From the NCBI GenBank assembly GCA_963724765.1, contig CAVRVY010000001.1, positions 448,001 through 512,000 on the forward strand: a DNA stretch of 64,000 nucleotides, in the 5' to 3' direction. The DNA is from an uncultured delta proteobacterium (GTDB lineage Bacteria > Desulfobacterota > Binatia > Binatales > Binataceae). Positions 38,554 to 49,753 of the stretch are shown here, one piece after another. Position 1 is the first letter of the stretch. The number at the start of each line of letters is the position of its first letter. The position numbers and the translations under genes were made by a program. The notes under the pieces were generated by a model. That model did not search any database. It had not been told where the DNA came from and saw only the letters and a list, made by a program, of their open reading frames with translations.

Positions 38554-41500
38554 TCATATCCGTGATCCCATGATTGACGTACGGCCGCCCGGGGTTCTCC
38601 GGCTCCGTTCCTTCATGATCGCGAAAAGCACCGGTACGAGTATCAGGACGTGAATCGTCGAGGTGATCATTCCACCGACGATCGGAGCTGCAATCGGCTT
38701 TATCACGTCTGAGCCGATTCCCGACTCCCACAGGATCGGAGCGAGGCTCAGCATCACGACTGTTACGGTCATCAGCTTAGGTCGAAGCCGCTGCACTGCG
38801 CCCTCGATTACCGCCAACTCGATTTCTTCATGAGTCAGCTCGCCTACGGCGATGTGACGATTCAGCGCTTCGTGAAGATAGATGACCATGACGACGCCGG
38901 TTTCGACGGCGATTCCAAACAACGCGATGTACCCGACCCACACGGCGACGCTGAAGTTGAAGTTCATCATGTACTGAAGCAGTAGCCCGCCCGTCATCGC
39001 GTACACGGTCGGAAGAATCAGTACGATCGCTTCAGTCGCGGACCGGAAAAGCATGTAGAGCAAGACAAATATCAGACCGAAGACGATCGGCAGGATGAGC
39101 ATCAGGCGCTTTCGCGCGCGCAACTGGAACTCGTACTCTCCCGACCATTTCAGGTTGTATCCGGCGGGCAGACGCAGATGCCGATCGAGCGCCCGCTGCG
39201 CTTTGTTAACGTAGGTGCCGTAATCCGAAGTTGCGAGATCGACATAGACGTAGCCGGTCAGGAGCCCGTCTTCGTCTCGTATCATCGATGGCCCCGGGCT
39301 CAAACTGATATGCGCGACTTCGCCGAGCGGGATCTGCGCTCCACTAGGCGTCATGATCAATATTCGACGCTGTGCGTTCAGGTCGTTCCGATAGTCCGCG
39401 AGATAGCGCACGTTGATCGGGTAGCGCTCACGGCCTTCGACCGTCGTCGCGATATTCTCGCCGCCCATACCGGAGCTGACCGCCCGCTGAACGTCTCCGA
39501 CGGTCAGGCCATATCTCGCAGCGACAGGGCGATCGACATCAACGTTGATGTAGAATCCTTGAGAGACTCGTTCGGCGAAAATTCCTCGCGTGCCTGGGAC
39601 GCGACCGAGTATTTCCTCGATCTGAGAACCAATCTGCTGAATCCGGTCGACGTCGGGCCCCTGAATTTTGAGTCCGACGGGAGTTTTGATACCGGTCAAC
39701 TCCATGTCGAGCCGGTTCTCGACCGGCATCGTCCATGAGTTGGACAGCCCTGGGAAGTGCAGCCTGTCGTCCATTTCGGCGATGAGCTGATCGTAGGTCA
39801 TGCCCTTTCGCCATTGATCGCGCGGCTTGAGCATGATCGTCGTGTCGTACATGTCCAGCGGTGCGTTGTCGGTGGCGCTGTCCGAACGTCCGACGGAGCC
39901 GAATACGCTTTCGACCTCGGGAAACGTGCGGATGATCTGATCCTGCCTTTGCATCAAATCTACCGCTGACGAGATCGAAATCCCCGGCAGGGTGGTCGGC
40001 ATGTAGAGACTCGACCCCTCATACAGCGGCGGCATGAACTGGCTGCCGATTTTCAAAAGCAGCGGAATTGTGAGCAGCAGGAAAATCACGTTGGCCGCGA
40101 TCGTCAGCGCGCGATGACGCAGGCACCATCGGATCACCGACAGATAGATGGCGTGGAAGAAACGCGAAATGGGGTTGTCGTCCTCGGGGCGCAGGCGCTT
40201 GCCGCGGATGAACAGGACCATAAGCACGGGGACCACGGTGATCGCGAGAACCGAGGAGAAGGCGATGGCGAAAGATTTAATGTAGGCGAGCGGACGAAAC
40301 ATCCGCCCCTCCTGCGATTCGAGCAGGAACACCGGCAGGAACGAGACGACAATAATAATCAGCGAGAAGAAGATCGGGCGGCCGACCTGTTTCGCAGCCG
40401 ATAGCAGGATTCGCTGTCGTTCGGGTCCGGAAACCGACTCGCCTTTCATGGACGCCTGATGCTGCATCTCCGAGAGATGCCGGTACCCGTTTTCGACCAT
40501 AACAATCGAAGCGTCGACCAGTACACCTATAGCCAGCGCCAACCCGCCCAACGACATGATGTTGGAGCTGATCTGCAGATAGTACATCGGGATGAACGTC
40601 GCGATGACCGCGATCGGCAGCGCAAGGATCGGGATCAGCGCCGAACGCACGTGAAAGAGAAAAACGATGATCACGAGACTTACAATGATAGCCTCTTCGA
40701 GCAGGTCGCGTTTCAGGGTGTTGATCGATTCCTGGATGAGTCCGGAACGGTCGTAGCCGGCGACGATTTTGACTCCTCGCCGCATAGTCTTTTGAATCTG
40801 ATCGAGCTTCTGCTTGACCCCGTCGATGACGGTGAGGGCGTTCTGCTCATAGCGCATCACGACGATACCGCCGACCGTCTCGCCGTCGCCATTCCACCCA
40901 GCGGCTCCTTCGCGCAAGTCGGGTCCCAGGCTGACCACACCTAAGTCTCTTATAAGCACCGGTGTGCCGTTGTTGGTTGTCACCGAAATGTTTTCAAGGT
41001 CCGCTATCGAATGGACGTAGCCGAGGCCGCGGATCATGTAATCCGCTCCCGACATCTCGAGGACGCGCCCACCGATCTCACCGTTGCTGTCGCGGATCTT
41101 GTCGATCACGGTCTCCAGCGGGACCTTGAGCGCCAGCAGCCGATTCGGATCGAGTTTGACCTGGTACTGCTTGACGAAGCCGCCGATAGTCGCGACCTCC
41201 GAAACTCCAGGCACGGTTTCAAGCGCATAGCGCACATTCCAATCCTGCAAGCTGCGCAGGTCAGCGAGACTGTGAGTATGGCTCTTATCGACAAGCGCGT
41301 ATTCGTACACCCAGCCAGCACCGGTGGCGTCCGGGCCAATTGCGGGAGTCACGCCAGAGGGAAGCTTGCCGGTTATCTGCTGCAGGTATTCCAGCACACG
41401 GCTCCGCGCCCAATAGATATCGGTGCCGTCTTCGAACACAACGAACACATACGAGTCGTTGGGCATCGTCTGCGCACGGACCGCCTTCACGTGTGGCGCG

Positions 41501-41724
41501 GCTAGCATCGCGGTGACAATAGGATAGGTCACCTGGTCCTCGATAAGATTGGGCGGCTGGCCGATCCATTGAGTGTGGATGATCACCTGGACGTCGGAGA
41601 TGTCCGGCAGAGCGTCGAGCGGGATTCGATCGAGAGACCAGATGCCCGCGACTACGAGCGCCAGCACGCCGAAGAACAGCAGGAAGCGGTTCGAATTACA
41701 CCAGTCGATAGTTCGCTCGATCAT
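38554..41724 (-). CDS. cusA: CusA/SilA heavy-metal RND transporter
   Basis: DALPDISDVQV, GPDATG, LVDASIVMVEN, Met sites LYMP/DMYDT/WTMP, RLRPKLMT. Confidence 0.95.
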   Translation of the reverse strand: MIERTIDWCNSNRFLLFFGVLALVVAGIWSLDRIPLDALPDISDVQVIIHTQWIGQPPNLIEDQVTYPIVTAMLAAPHVKAVRAQTMPNDSYVFVVFEDGTDIYWARSRVLEYLQQITGKLPSGVTPAIGPDATGAGWVYEYALVDKSHTHSLADLRSLQDWNVRYALETVPGVSEVATIGGFVKQYQVKLDPNRLLALKVPLETVIDKIRDSNGEIGGRVLEMSGADYMIRGLGYVHSIADLENISVTTNNGTPVLIRDLGVVSLGPDLREGAAGWNGDGETVGGIVVMRYEQNALTVIDGVKQKLDQIQKTMRRGVKIVAGYDRSGLIQESINTLKRDLLEEAIIVSLVIIVFLFHVRSALIPILALPIAVIATFIPMYYLQISSNIMSLGGLALAIGVLVDASIVMVENGYRHLSEMQHQASMKGESVSGPERQRILLSAAKQVGRPIFFSLIIIVVSFLPVFLLESQEGRMFRPLAYIKSFAIAFSSVLAITVVPVLMVLFIRGKRLRPEDDNPISRFFHAIYLSVIRWCLRHRALTIAANVIFLLLTIPLLLKIGSQFMPPLYEGSSLYMPTTLPGISISSAVDLMQRQDQIIRTFPEVESVFGSVGRSDSATDNAPLDMYDTTIMLKPRDQWRKGMTYDQLIAEMDDRLHFPGLSNSWTMPVENRLDMELTGIKTPVGLKIQGPDVDRIQQIGSQIEEILGRVPGTRGIFAERVSQGFYINVDVDRPVAARYGLTVGDVQRAVSSGMGGENIATTVEGRERYPINVRYLADYRNDLNAQRRILIMTPSGAQIPLGEVAHISLSPGPSMIRDEDGLLTGYVYVDLATSDYGTYVNKAQRALDRHLRLPAGYNLKWSGEYEFQLRARKRLMLILPIVFGLIFVLLYMLFRSATEAIVLILPTVYAMTGGLLLQYMMNFNFSVAVWVGYIALFGIAVETGVVMVIYLHEALNRHIAVGELTHEEIELAVIEGAVQRLRPKLMTVTVVMLSLAPILWESGIGSDVIKPIAAPIVGGMITSTIHVLILVPVLFAIMKERSRRTPGGRTSIMGSRI

Positions 41725-41734
41725 GCCTCTCCCC

Positions 41735-43219
41735 TCACATCGCCATGGAGCCACTGGCTGACACGTCCATCTGCTTGGTCGCGATCGGATGGCCGTCCTT
41801 CGACGCGGAGATCGTCAGGCTCCAGGTGCCTCCGCTAGGCAGTTCGACATTCGCGGCGTACACACCGTTTCCTTGATCATCTGCGGCGCTTTGCGCACGC
41901 ATCGCCGCCATTCCCATTGCCGGCATCGCCGCCATATACAAGGACACCGTCACTTGCGCGCCCGAGATCGGCGCGCCCGTGGAATCGTGCAGCGTCACGA
42001 TCGCTTTGTTGTGGCCGCGCACCATAGGAGTCGGGTCGCTCGCGAACTCGATGCTGGCTCGGGGAACAGCTTCGGCCGTCTGTCCAGCGGCACTGGCGCC
42101 GATGCCCGCCGGAGGCGGCACGAACGCTCCCGCAGCCGCTTGGAGCTGACTTTCCGAATCGATCAGAAAATTCGCGGAGCTGACGATCTGCTGACCCGGC
42201 GCGAGTCCCTTGAGCACTATGAATTCGTCGCCGACATGCTGTCCCAACTCGACTTCGGCGGGAGTAAGGTACCCGTCGCCGCGGTCGATGAAGGCGACGT
42301 TGTGCGTGCCGGTGCGCAGAACACCGGCGTCCGGGATGACGGTTTGCTCGCCCATCGGGAGGTCGAGAGCAACGTGAGCGAACATCCCCGGAAGAAGCTG
42401 GCCCTTTGGGTTGTCGAACTCGCATCGGACCTTAGCGGTGCGAGTCATCGGATCGATTTGCGGCCAGATGAAATCGACGCGGCCGTCGAAGCTCGTGCCC
42501 GGGTATGCGTCGACGGTAACAGTCGCAGGATCGCCGGAACGGACTTTGCCGATCTCGTCCTGAAACACTGCCGCGTAGATCCACACCTTCGACAGGTCTG
42601 TGATCGTGAACAGGCGCGTGTCCGGCTGCACGTACATGTTGGGCAGCGCGTTACGCTCGACGATGTATCCGCTCATGGGCGAGTCGATTTCGACGGCACG
42701 GCGGACTGAGCGCTCGCGTTCCAGCCGCGCAATCTCGCGCGGCGACACTCCCCAGAGCTTGAGACGTTCCGCGGCGGAATCCACCAGCGATGAGGCATCG
42801 GTGGTTACATCGGCCACGGAGCTATCCTCGACGCGCTTGCGAGCTTCGAGGGCGAGCAAGTATTCGTTCTCGGTGCTCAGGAGGTCCGGGCTGTAAATCG
42901 TAAACAGCGGCTGGCCGCGGCGGACGTGTTGATATGTCGAATTCGCAAACACCTGCTCGATCCAACCGGCGAAACGCGTTTGTACGTAGCCTTGCAGTCG
43001 TTCGTCGGTCTCGATGTTCCCGGTAGTCTCGAGGCGGTCATTCACGTCCTTTTGCACCACGGTCGCGAACTTGAGTCCGATCAATTGCCGCCGCTCCGGT
43101 GTGATCCGGATTGGAGCAAGCTGGGAATCAGCTCCGAAAGCGATTGGCGTCGCGAGGGGCAAAAGCAATGCCAGCGCCACGACTATGCCGAGTCGGTGTT
43201 GTGAAGATGTGCGATTCAT
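41735..43219 (-). CDS. cusB: CusB-like periplasmic adaptor with C-terminal Met-rich YtkA/FixH-like domain
   Basis: IYSPDL, TRTAKVR, LLPGM and NFLIDSES; tail MAAMPAMGM..W.L.I. Confidence 0.9.
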   Translation of the reverse strand: MNRTSSQHRLGIVVALALLLPLATPIAFGADSQLAPIRITPERRQLIGLKFATVVQKDVNDRLETTGNIETDERLQGYVQTRFAGWIEQVFANSTYQHVRRGQPLFTIYSPDLLSTENEYLLALEARKRVEDSSVADVTTDASSLVDSAAERLKLWGVSPREIARLERERSVRRAVEIDSPMSGYIVERNALPNMYVQPDTRLFTITDLSKVWIYAAVFQDEIGKVRSGDPATVTVDAYPGTSFDGRVDFIWPQIDPMTRTAKVRCEFDNPKGQLLPGMFAHVALDLPMGEQTVIPDAGVLRTGTHNVAFIDRGDGYLTPAEVELGQHVGDEFIVLKGLAPGQQIVSSANFLIDSESQLQAAAGAFVPPPAGIGASAAGQTAEAVPRASIEFASDPTPMVRGHNKAIVTLHDSTGAPISGAQVTVSLYMAAMPAMGMAAMRAQSAADDQGNGVYAANVELPSGGTWSLTISASKDGHPIATKQMDVSASGSMAM

Positions 43220-44520
43220 TTTCGGTCACCGATCACTTGCTGGATTTTGGCGATCGCGATCTCGTGGTCGGCGAGGCTGCGGTAGTACTCTTGGCGGAGG
43301 TTCTGCAAATCGAGAACCGACGAAAGCAGCGTCTGGAAATCGACTTTGCCGACTCGATACGCAGCCATAGCCGAGGCCTCGGACGTTTCAGCCTGCGGAA
43401 TCAGACCGTCGCGATAGATGGACATGATTCGTTCCGAAGTGTGCATAGCGATCAGACTGCTTTCTCCTGCGGAGGAGACTTGCAGTTGCGTTGCACGCGT
43501 CTGCGCGCGGGCGGACTCGGCCTCAAGCGCGGCCTGCTCGATCGCGGGCGTTTGCCTGCGCCAGAAATAGAGCGGAACCTTCGCGCCAAGGCTCAGCATG
43601 TAGTAGTCGCGAAATCCGGGGCCGGTTTTTTGATAGGAATAACCGACGGTGAAATCCGGCCAGTACCCCTGACGCGCGAGCTTCAACGTGTCCGAGCTGC
43701 GTGCTTCCATCGCGCGATCCGCGGCGAGGTCGGGGGAGCCGACGTCGGCCAGCTGCGCGAGCTGCGATGTGCCGAGCTGCAGATGCGTCGCTTCGACCTC
43801 GCCGATGTCGATATTGCGCGAGTCAGAATCGCGCCCGAGGATCTGCTTGAGTTCGAGCTGTTCCTGGTCCTCTTCCTGATGGTGAATCGCGTGCTCCTTC
43901 AGGATCTCGGTGGTCTTAAGCTGCGCTTTGATAAGGTCCTGCTGCAGGCCTTTTCCAACGCGGTAGCGGGTTTCCGCGATCTGCTGGATCTGCCGGAGCT
44001 CCTCCTGATCGCGATCGAGAATCTTGAGCGTCCTTCCGTGATAGAAGAGCTCGTAATAAATCTCTTTGACCTTTTCCTCGACTTCGCGCTCGGCGGCTTC
44101 GTAGCGATACCGGGCGTAGTCGGCGTCTCTTTCCGCTTCGGACTTCTGCAAGCGAAACTTGCCGGGACCCGGGATGTCCTGTGAGGCACCGAAGCCGGTG
44201 TAATAAAAGTCGCTGCTCTCATAACCCGAGAATGGCTGCGGACTTCCGACCGTGAAATGCTGGAGCGACACCTGCGGATCGGGTAGTGTCGCCACCTGGA
44301 TCGGCACGCGAGTGAGCGCCTGCCAGTGCTCTCGCGCGGCGATTACGCCGGGATTGTTAGCAACCGCCTCCCGCACCAGAGCATCGAGGTTCGACGCCGT
44401 ATCTCCGGTTAGAAGCGGAATAGTTTGTGCATTCGCTTGCGATATCGGAGCACATGCGATCGCAACCAGAATCAGGATCACGGCGTGCCGCTTCGCGACA
44501 AGCCGACCAAGTCTCTCCAT
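43216..44520 (-). CDS. TolC family outer membrane protein
   Basis: NNP..A, LPDP, PGK, AYRVGK.DF; first gene of the RND operon. Confidence 0.9.
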   Translation of the reverse strand: MERLGRLVAKRHAVILILVAIACAPISQANAQTIPLLTGDTASNLDALVREAVANNPGVIAAREHWQALTRVPIQVATLPDPQVSLQHFTVGSPQPFSGYESSDFYYTGFGASQDIPGPGKFRLQKSEAERDADYARYRYEAAEREVEEKVKEIYYELFYHGRTLKILDRDQEELRQIQQIAETRYRVGKGLQQDLIKAQLKTTEILKEHAIHHQEEDQEQLELKQILGRDSDSRNIDIGEVEATHLQLGTSQLAQLADVGSPDLAADRAMEARSSDTLKLARQGYWPDFTVGYSYQKTGPGFRDYYMLSLGAKVPLYFWRRQTPAIEQAALEAESARAQTRATQLQVSSAGESSLIAMHTSERIMSIYRDGLIPQAETSEASAMAAYRVGKVDFQTLLSSVLDLQNLRQEYYRSLADHEIAIAKIQQVIGDRK

Positions 44521-44676
44521 ATAACCACCTGGATCGCGTTAGGCCGTCAGACCATCGGCGCTTCACGCCGAGGCGAAGGTCCTACTTGAAATTCAAGACA
44601 GACGCCGCGGTATTTGCTGGTGACCAGCGAATACGGCTGCGCGAGCCTCAGGGACAGTCCGCGATCGCGACGGTGG

Positions 44677-45030
44677 TCAGATTTGTCGAGAACAGAGCAG
44701 CGAGAGGGGATCGAGATTGAGATAGAGATCCTGATGCCAATCGAATTGAAGCGGCGAATTGATCGACACCGCGGATTTCAGCCGAACCATCGTGATTATT
44801 GGCGGTTCCACCGCAGGCGTCGGCATCGATGACAGGAGAAGCGCGCTCGAGGTATCAGTCGAAATATTGCAGCAACTCACCGTGCCAGTGTCGCTATTCC
44901 ACGGACAGATCGTCGAGCAACAATTCCCGGATACAGCTTGAACGGGAGAACAGGCGGCGCCCGCGGTGATCGCCGGAAGCGAGCTGGCAAACACTAAAAT
45001 CAGGAGCACGACTGAAAGTATGCGCCGCAC
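44677..45030 (-). CDS. Small Cys-rich exported protein upstream of the Cus operon
   Basis: Signal-like N-terminus, two CC pairs, C-terminal LLCSRQI. Confidence 0.55.
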   Translation of the reverse strand: MRRILSVVLLILVFASSLPAITAGAACSPVQAVSGNCCSTICPWNSDTGTVSCCNISTDTSSALLLSSMPTPAVEPPIITMVRLKSAVSINSPLQFDWHQDLYLNLDPLSLLCSRQI

Positions 45031-45203
45031 GCGATCAACCTATTCGAGTTGAAGATTGCCGACAAGGCTCCGGAAGTCGAGGCGTGGTTCTCGGCCTCCT
45101 TCGGATTTCGACTCTAAGCGGAATGAACTTCCCACGGCGCGCGCCGAAGCTGACATCGTCCCCAAGGTCTTTACTGCCGTTCGTGGTGAGACTGGATCTC
45201 TCG

Positions 45204-46297
45204 TTATGAAGACGGGACGATAGTTCCTATTGAGTGGGCGTAAAACTTCCTTTGCATCCAGCGGGCTACGTCCACCAAGCCGATCATCACCGGTACTTCT
45301 ATAAGGGGTCCGATAACCGCGGCGAACGCTGCGCCACTATTAATCCCAAACGTCGAAACGGCAACCGCTATCGCGAGTTCGAAATTGTTTGACGCAGCGG
45401 TAAAAGAAAGTGTCGCAGTCTGCGGATAAGTTGCTCCGGCCGCCCGACTCAGGACGAACGACAATGCAAACATGATCGCGAAATACAGCAGCAGCGGGAC
45501 GGCGATGCGGACCACATCAAACGGAAGTTGGAGGATAGCGGCGCCCTTAATCGAAAACATCACGACGATCGTGAAAAGCAGAAAGATCAAGGTGAGCGGG
45601 CTGATCTTCGGAATGAAGTGCTGCCGGTACCAATCTTTCCCTTTCAAGCTGGTTAGGACTTTCCATGTCGCGAAACCCGCGACGAACGGAACGCCGAGAT
45701 AGATGCCGACGCTTTCAGCGATATCGGCAATCGTTACGTGCACGGTCGCTGCGGTGAGGCCGAGCCATCTGGGAAGGACCGTTATGAACACGAACGCATA
45801 AATCGAAAAAACAGCACTTGGAAAATCGAGTTGAAGGCGACTAAGCCGGCACAGTAATCGGCATCGCCCTCGGCCAAATCGTTCCATACGATGACCATCG
45901 CGATGCAGCGGGCTAGACCGATCAGGATTAGTCCGACCATGTACTCCGGCCGGTCGCGCAGAAAGACGATCGCGAGGCCAAACATCAGGATCGGGCCGAT
46001 GATCCAGTTCTGGACCAGCGAAAGAGTTAAAATCTTCCAGTTCCCGAACACATCACCGAACTCGTCGTAGTTCACCTTCGCGAGCGGCGGATACATCATC
46101 AGGATCAGACCGATCGCAATCGGAACTGAGGTCGTTCCGACAGTCAGGCGATCGAATGTGATCTTCACACCGGGAAAGCTGCTACCGAGCATCACGCCGA
46201 CGGCCATGGCGAGAAAGATCCAGAGCGTCAGATATCTGTCCAAAAAGGACAGTCTTCGCAGCGTCGGCGCGTTCGCAAGCGTTAGAGTGGCGCTCAT
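45204..46297 (-). pseudogene. acr3: Acr3 arsenite efflux pump, frameshifted
   Basis: [31 protein letters not shown] and GPLIEVP. One T is missing in the run at 45806-45811 (FQVLFFSIY needs T7). Confidence 0.9.
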
Positions 46298-46517
46298 TCG
46301 TGGGCTCCTATCCGCACGGCACGGGCCCGGACAGGCCCAAAAATCCGTATCTTTCAGACGTTCGCAGAATTTTACTCCGGTACATCAACCGAGCGAATCC
46401 GCCATCACGAATTCCAGTTCTGCGGAACGAAGCATTCCAAGATCTTGAGGGCTTTCCGACGGTCATGGCTGCTTAACGTAACGTACGGTCGATACTAGGA
46501 GTTGTGAATCCTATCAC

Positions 46518-46537
46518 GATTTCATATATATGGAATC
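46518..46537. promoter_or_regulatory. Putative ArsR operator
   Basis: Near-perfect palindrome GATTTCATATATATGGAATC abutting the arsR ATG. Confidence 0.6.
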
Positions 46538-47365
46538 ATGACAAAAGCAAACGTCGTCGCCGCATTGGCCGCGCTCGCACAGGAGACTCGTCTTGATATC
46601 CTCCGCCTTTTGGTCGAGCGAGGTCTCGAAGGAATGCCCGCCGGAGAAATTGGTGAGCGCCTGAAGTTGCCTTCGCCTACCCTGTCATTCCATCTCAATC
46701 AGCTCAGGCACACCGGCCTGGTAACTTCGCGCCGGCAGAGCAGGCTGATCATCTACGGCGCCAAGTTCCGCACGATGAATGGCCTGATCGAATATCTCAC
46801 CGAGAATTGCTGCGCGGGCGAAGCGAGCAATGCAATTCACGGCCGCCCAAAAGGCGTAGCGCCCGGACGCGAATTGAACGTTCTCTTCCTGTGCACCAAC
46901 AACTCCGCTCGCAGCATTATGGCGGAGTGCGCAATGAATCGATGGGGCGGCGGCAAATTTCACGCTTTCAGCGCCGGCAGCAAGCCGCGCGGAACCGTTC
47001 ATCCGATCACCCTCCAGGTGCTGGAAGAACTTAATTACGAGACGGAGGGATTGCGAAGCAAAGACTGGAACGAGTTTGCTCAGCCCGACAGCGCACCCCT
47101 TGATTTCGTTTTTACCCTCTGCGACCGCGCCGCGGCCGAGATCTGCCCGACCTGGCCGGGCCAACCGATAAGAGCGCATTGGGGCGTTCAGGATCCCGTT
47201 GTAGTCGCCGATACGAACGGGGCGAAGCGAAAAGCGTTCGTCAAGGTTTACGCCGAGTTGGAGCAGCGCATCAGAATCTTCACTGCTTTGCCCATCGAGA
47301 CGCTCGAGCGTTTCGCCCTCGAACGCTGGGTGACCGAACTCGGCAAATTGAATCTGGCTGCGTGA
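46538..47365 (+). CDS. arsC: ArsR repressor fused to thioredoxin-type arsenate reductase
   Basis: [19 protein letters not shown], then [17 protein letters not shown] and HWG..DP. Confidence 0.92.
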   Translation: MTKANVVAALAALAQETRLDILRLLVERGLEGMPAGEIGERLKLPSPTLSFHLNQLRHTGLVTSRRQSRLIIYGAKFRTMNGLIEYLTENCCAGEASNAIHGRPKGVAPGRELNVLFLCTNNSARSIMAECAMNRWGGGKFHAFSAGSKPRGTVHPITLQVLEELNYETEGLRSKDWNEFAQPDSAPLDFVFTLCDRAAAEICPTWPGQPIRAHWGVQDPVVVADTNGAKRKAFVKVYAELEQRIRIFTALPIETLERFALERWVTELGKLNLAA

Positions 47366-48429
47366 TGGAGACAGGAGCGGCCTTGCCTGTACGCGTTGGC
47401 ATTAACGGGTTTGGACGGATGGGTCGGCTCGCATTGCGCGCCGCGTTCGACAACCCCCAGATTCAGATTGTCCATGTCAACGAGTTGAAAGGCGGCCCCG
47501 GGACCGCCGCTCACCTGCTCGAATTCGATAGCGTGCATGGCCGCTGGCGCGTGCCGATAGCACCGGAAGCGCACGGGCTCAAAATAAACGGCGATCGCGT
47601 CGGCTACAGCAACTTCAACGCTCCAGGCGCAGTGCCGTGGGACCAGGCCGGGATCGAAATCGTTCTCGAATGTTCGGGCAAGTTCCTTACTCCGGAGGCG
47701 TTGCAGCCGTATTTCCAGCGGGGTGTCCGCAAAGTGGTGGTAGCCGCGCCGGTAAAGCAGGGCGCGCTGAATGTCGTGATGGGCGTCAACGATCAGTTGT
47801 ATGACCCTGAACGGCACCACATAGTCACTGCCGCCTCGTGCACCACCAATTGCCTGGCCCCCGTGGTCAAAGTCATCCAGCAAAAACTCGGCATCCGGCA
47901 CGGCATCATCACCACCATCCACGACGTGACCAATACCCAAACGGTGGTGGACCGGCCTCACAAGGATCTGCGGCGGGCGCGGTCTGCGCTGATGTCGCTG
48001 GTGCCGACTACTACCGGCTCGGCAACCGCCATCGGTCTCATTTACCCAGAGCTGCAAGGGAAACTTAACGGCCTGGCGATTCGTGTTCCCCTGCTGAATG
48101 CTTCGCTGACCGATTGCGTTTTCGAGGTCGCGCGATCGACCACCGCGGCAGAGGTCAACAAATGCCTGCAGGAGGCGGCGGAGGGGGAACTCCGAGGCAT
48201 CCTGGGTTTCGAGGAACGTCCGCTGGTCTCGGTCGACTACGTGAACGACCCACGATCCTCGATCGTCGATGGCCCTTCGACCATGGTCGTCGACGGCACG
48301 CAAGTCAAAGTTCTGGCTTGGTACGACAACGAGTGGGGCTACGTAAATCGGCTGGTCGAATTGGCGACGAAGGTCGCCGCCAGCTTGTCTGCGATGCGGC
48401 GGAGAGCTGCAAGTTGTTTGGGACAGTGA
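47365..48429 (+). CDS. ArsJ-associated glyceraldehyde-3-phosphate dehydrogenase
   Basis: [16 protein letters not shown] and WYDNE; directly upstream of arsJ. Confidence 0.93.
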   Translation: METGAALPVRVGINGFGRMGRLALRAAFDNPQIQIVHVNELKGGPGTAAHLLEFDSVHGRWRVPIAPEAHGLKINGDRVGYSNFNAPGAVPWDQAGIEIVLECSGKFLTPEALQPYFQRGVRKVVVAAPVKQGALNVVMGVNDQLYDPERHHIVTAASCTTNCLAPVVKVIQQKLGIRHGIITTIHDVTNTQTVVDRPHKDLRRARSALMSLVPTTTGSATAIGLIYPELQGKLNGLAIRVPLLNASLTDCVFEVARSTTAAEVNKCLQEAAEGELRGILGFEERPLVSVDYVNDPRSSIVDGPSTMVVDGTQVKVLAWYDNEWGYVNRLVELATKVAASLSAMRRRAASCLGQ

Positions 48430-49673
48430 GAAATGCCGTACGCAATTATGCCCTGGTCACTGGAGCCTACTGGGGCTTCACGCTCACCGACGGCGCTCTT
48501 AGAATGCTGGTGCTCTTGCACTTCGACCGGCTTGGATACAGCGCGGTCGAGATTGCTTTCCTGTTTCTGTTCTACGAATTTTTCGGCATTGTCACGAACC
48601 TGCTTGGTGGCTGGATAGCCGCGCGCTCCGGATTGAAAGTCACCCTGTACGGCGGTTTGCTTCTGCAAATCGTCGCGTTGATCATGCTCGCCTACCTGCA
48701 GCCGGCCTGGGCTCGATTGACCTCGGTCGCGTATGTCATGGCGGCACAGGCGCTCTCCGGAATCGCCAAGGACCTGACCAAGATGAGCGCCAAGAGCGCC
48801 ATCAAAGTCGTGGTCCCGCAAGGCGAGGACGGGGCCCTCTTCAAATGGGTGGCGCGGCTGACCGGATCCAAGAATGCGCTCAAGGGAGCCGGCTTCTTCC
48901 TCGGGGCGGCCCTTCTTACCGCACTTGGTTTTGTTGGGTCGCTCCTCGCGATGGCCGTGGGTCTCGCGATCGTGCTGCTCGGCACCGTGGCCGCGCTTCC
49001 GAGCGCAATGGGCAAGGCGAAATCGAAGATCAAGTTCACGACTTTGTTTTCTAAGAGCGCCGCGGTGAATTGGCTTTCCGCCGCGCGGCTGTTTTTGTTC
49101 TCTGCGCGCGATGTCTGGTTCGTCGTAGGGTTGCCGGTGTTCCTGGCCTCGACGCTTGGTTGGAGCTTCATGCAAGTCGGGGCCTTCGTCGCCGCGTGGT
49201 TCGTTGGCTACGGCATGATCCAGGCAATCGTGCCTGAAATTCTCCGTCAATTGGGCGCGCGTCAGGGCGTGACCGGAGACACAGCGCGCCTCTGGGCCTT
49301 CGTATTGACCGTCATTCCCGCTGCTTTGGCGTCGGCACTCGAGTTTGGCGCGCGGCCGGCTCCGGCACTTATGATCGGGCTCGGGATCTTCATGATCGTC
49401 TTTGCGATCAATTCCGCCGTGCACTCGTATCTTATTCTTGCCTACTCCGAAGACGATGAAGTCGCGACGAACGTGGGCTTCTATTACATGGCCAACGCCG
49501 GCGGCAGACTTCTGGGCACGCTGCTCTCCGGTGTGATTTTCGAAGCCTATGGATTTACCGGTTGTCTGCTGGCGTCGGGTTTGCTGGTGCTGGCTGCCGG
49601 TCTTTTGTCCTTCAATTTGCCTCGCGTCCGAGCAATTCCCCTGACCGTCAAATTGAAAGAGGCTGACGCCTGA
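48426..49673 (+). CDS. arsJ: Organoarsenical (1-arseno-3-phosphoglycerate) efflux MFS permease
   Basis: [34 protein letters not shown] and [11 protein letters not shown] overlaps the gapdh stop. Confidence 0.93.
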   Translation: MRNAVRNYALVTGAYWGFTLTDGALRMLVLLHFDRLGYSAVEIAFLFLFYEFFGIVTNLLGGWIAARSGLKVTLYGGLLLQIVALIMLAYLQPAWARLTSVAYVMAAQALSGIAKDLTKMSAKSAIKVVVPQGEDGALFKWVARLTGSKNALKGAGFFLGAALLTALGFVGSLLAMAVGLAIVLLGTVAALPSAMGKAKSKIKFTTLFSKSAAVNWLSAARLFLFSARDVWFVVGLPVFLASTLGWSFMQVGAFVAAWFVGYGMIQAIVPEILRQLGARQGVTGDTARLWAFVLTVIPAALASALEFGARPAPALMIGLGIFMIVFAINSAVHSYLILAYSEDDEVATNVGFYYMANAGGRLLGTLLSGVIFEAYGFTGCLLASGLLVLAAGLLSFNLPRVRAIPLTVKLKEADA

Positions 49674-49753
49674 GCTGAGGTCACGCTCCGTAAACATCGG
49701 ACCTGGAAGCTCGCGTCAGGTCCTCCAAGACCAAGCGATCGACGGAGAAGTTC

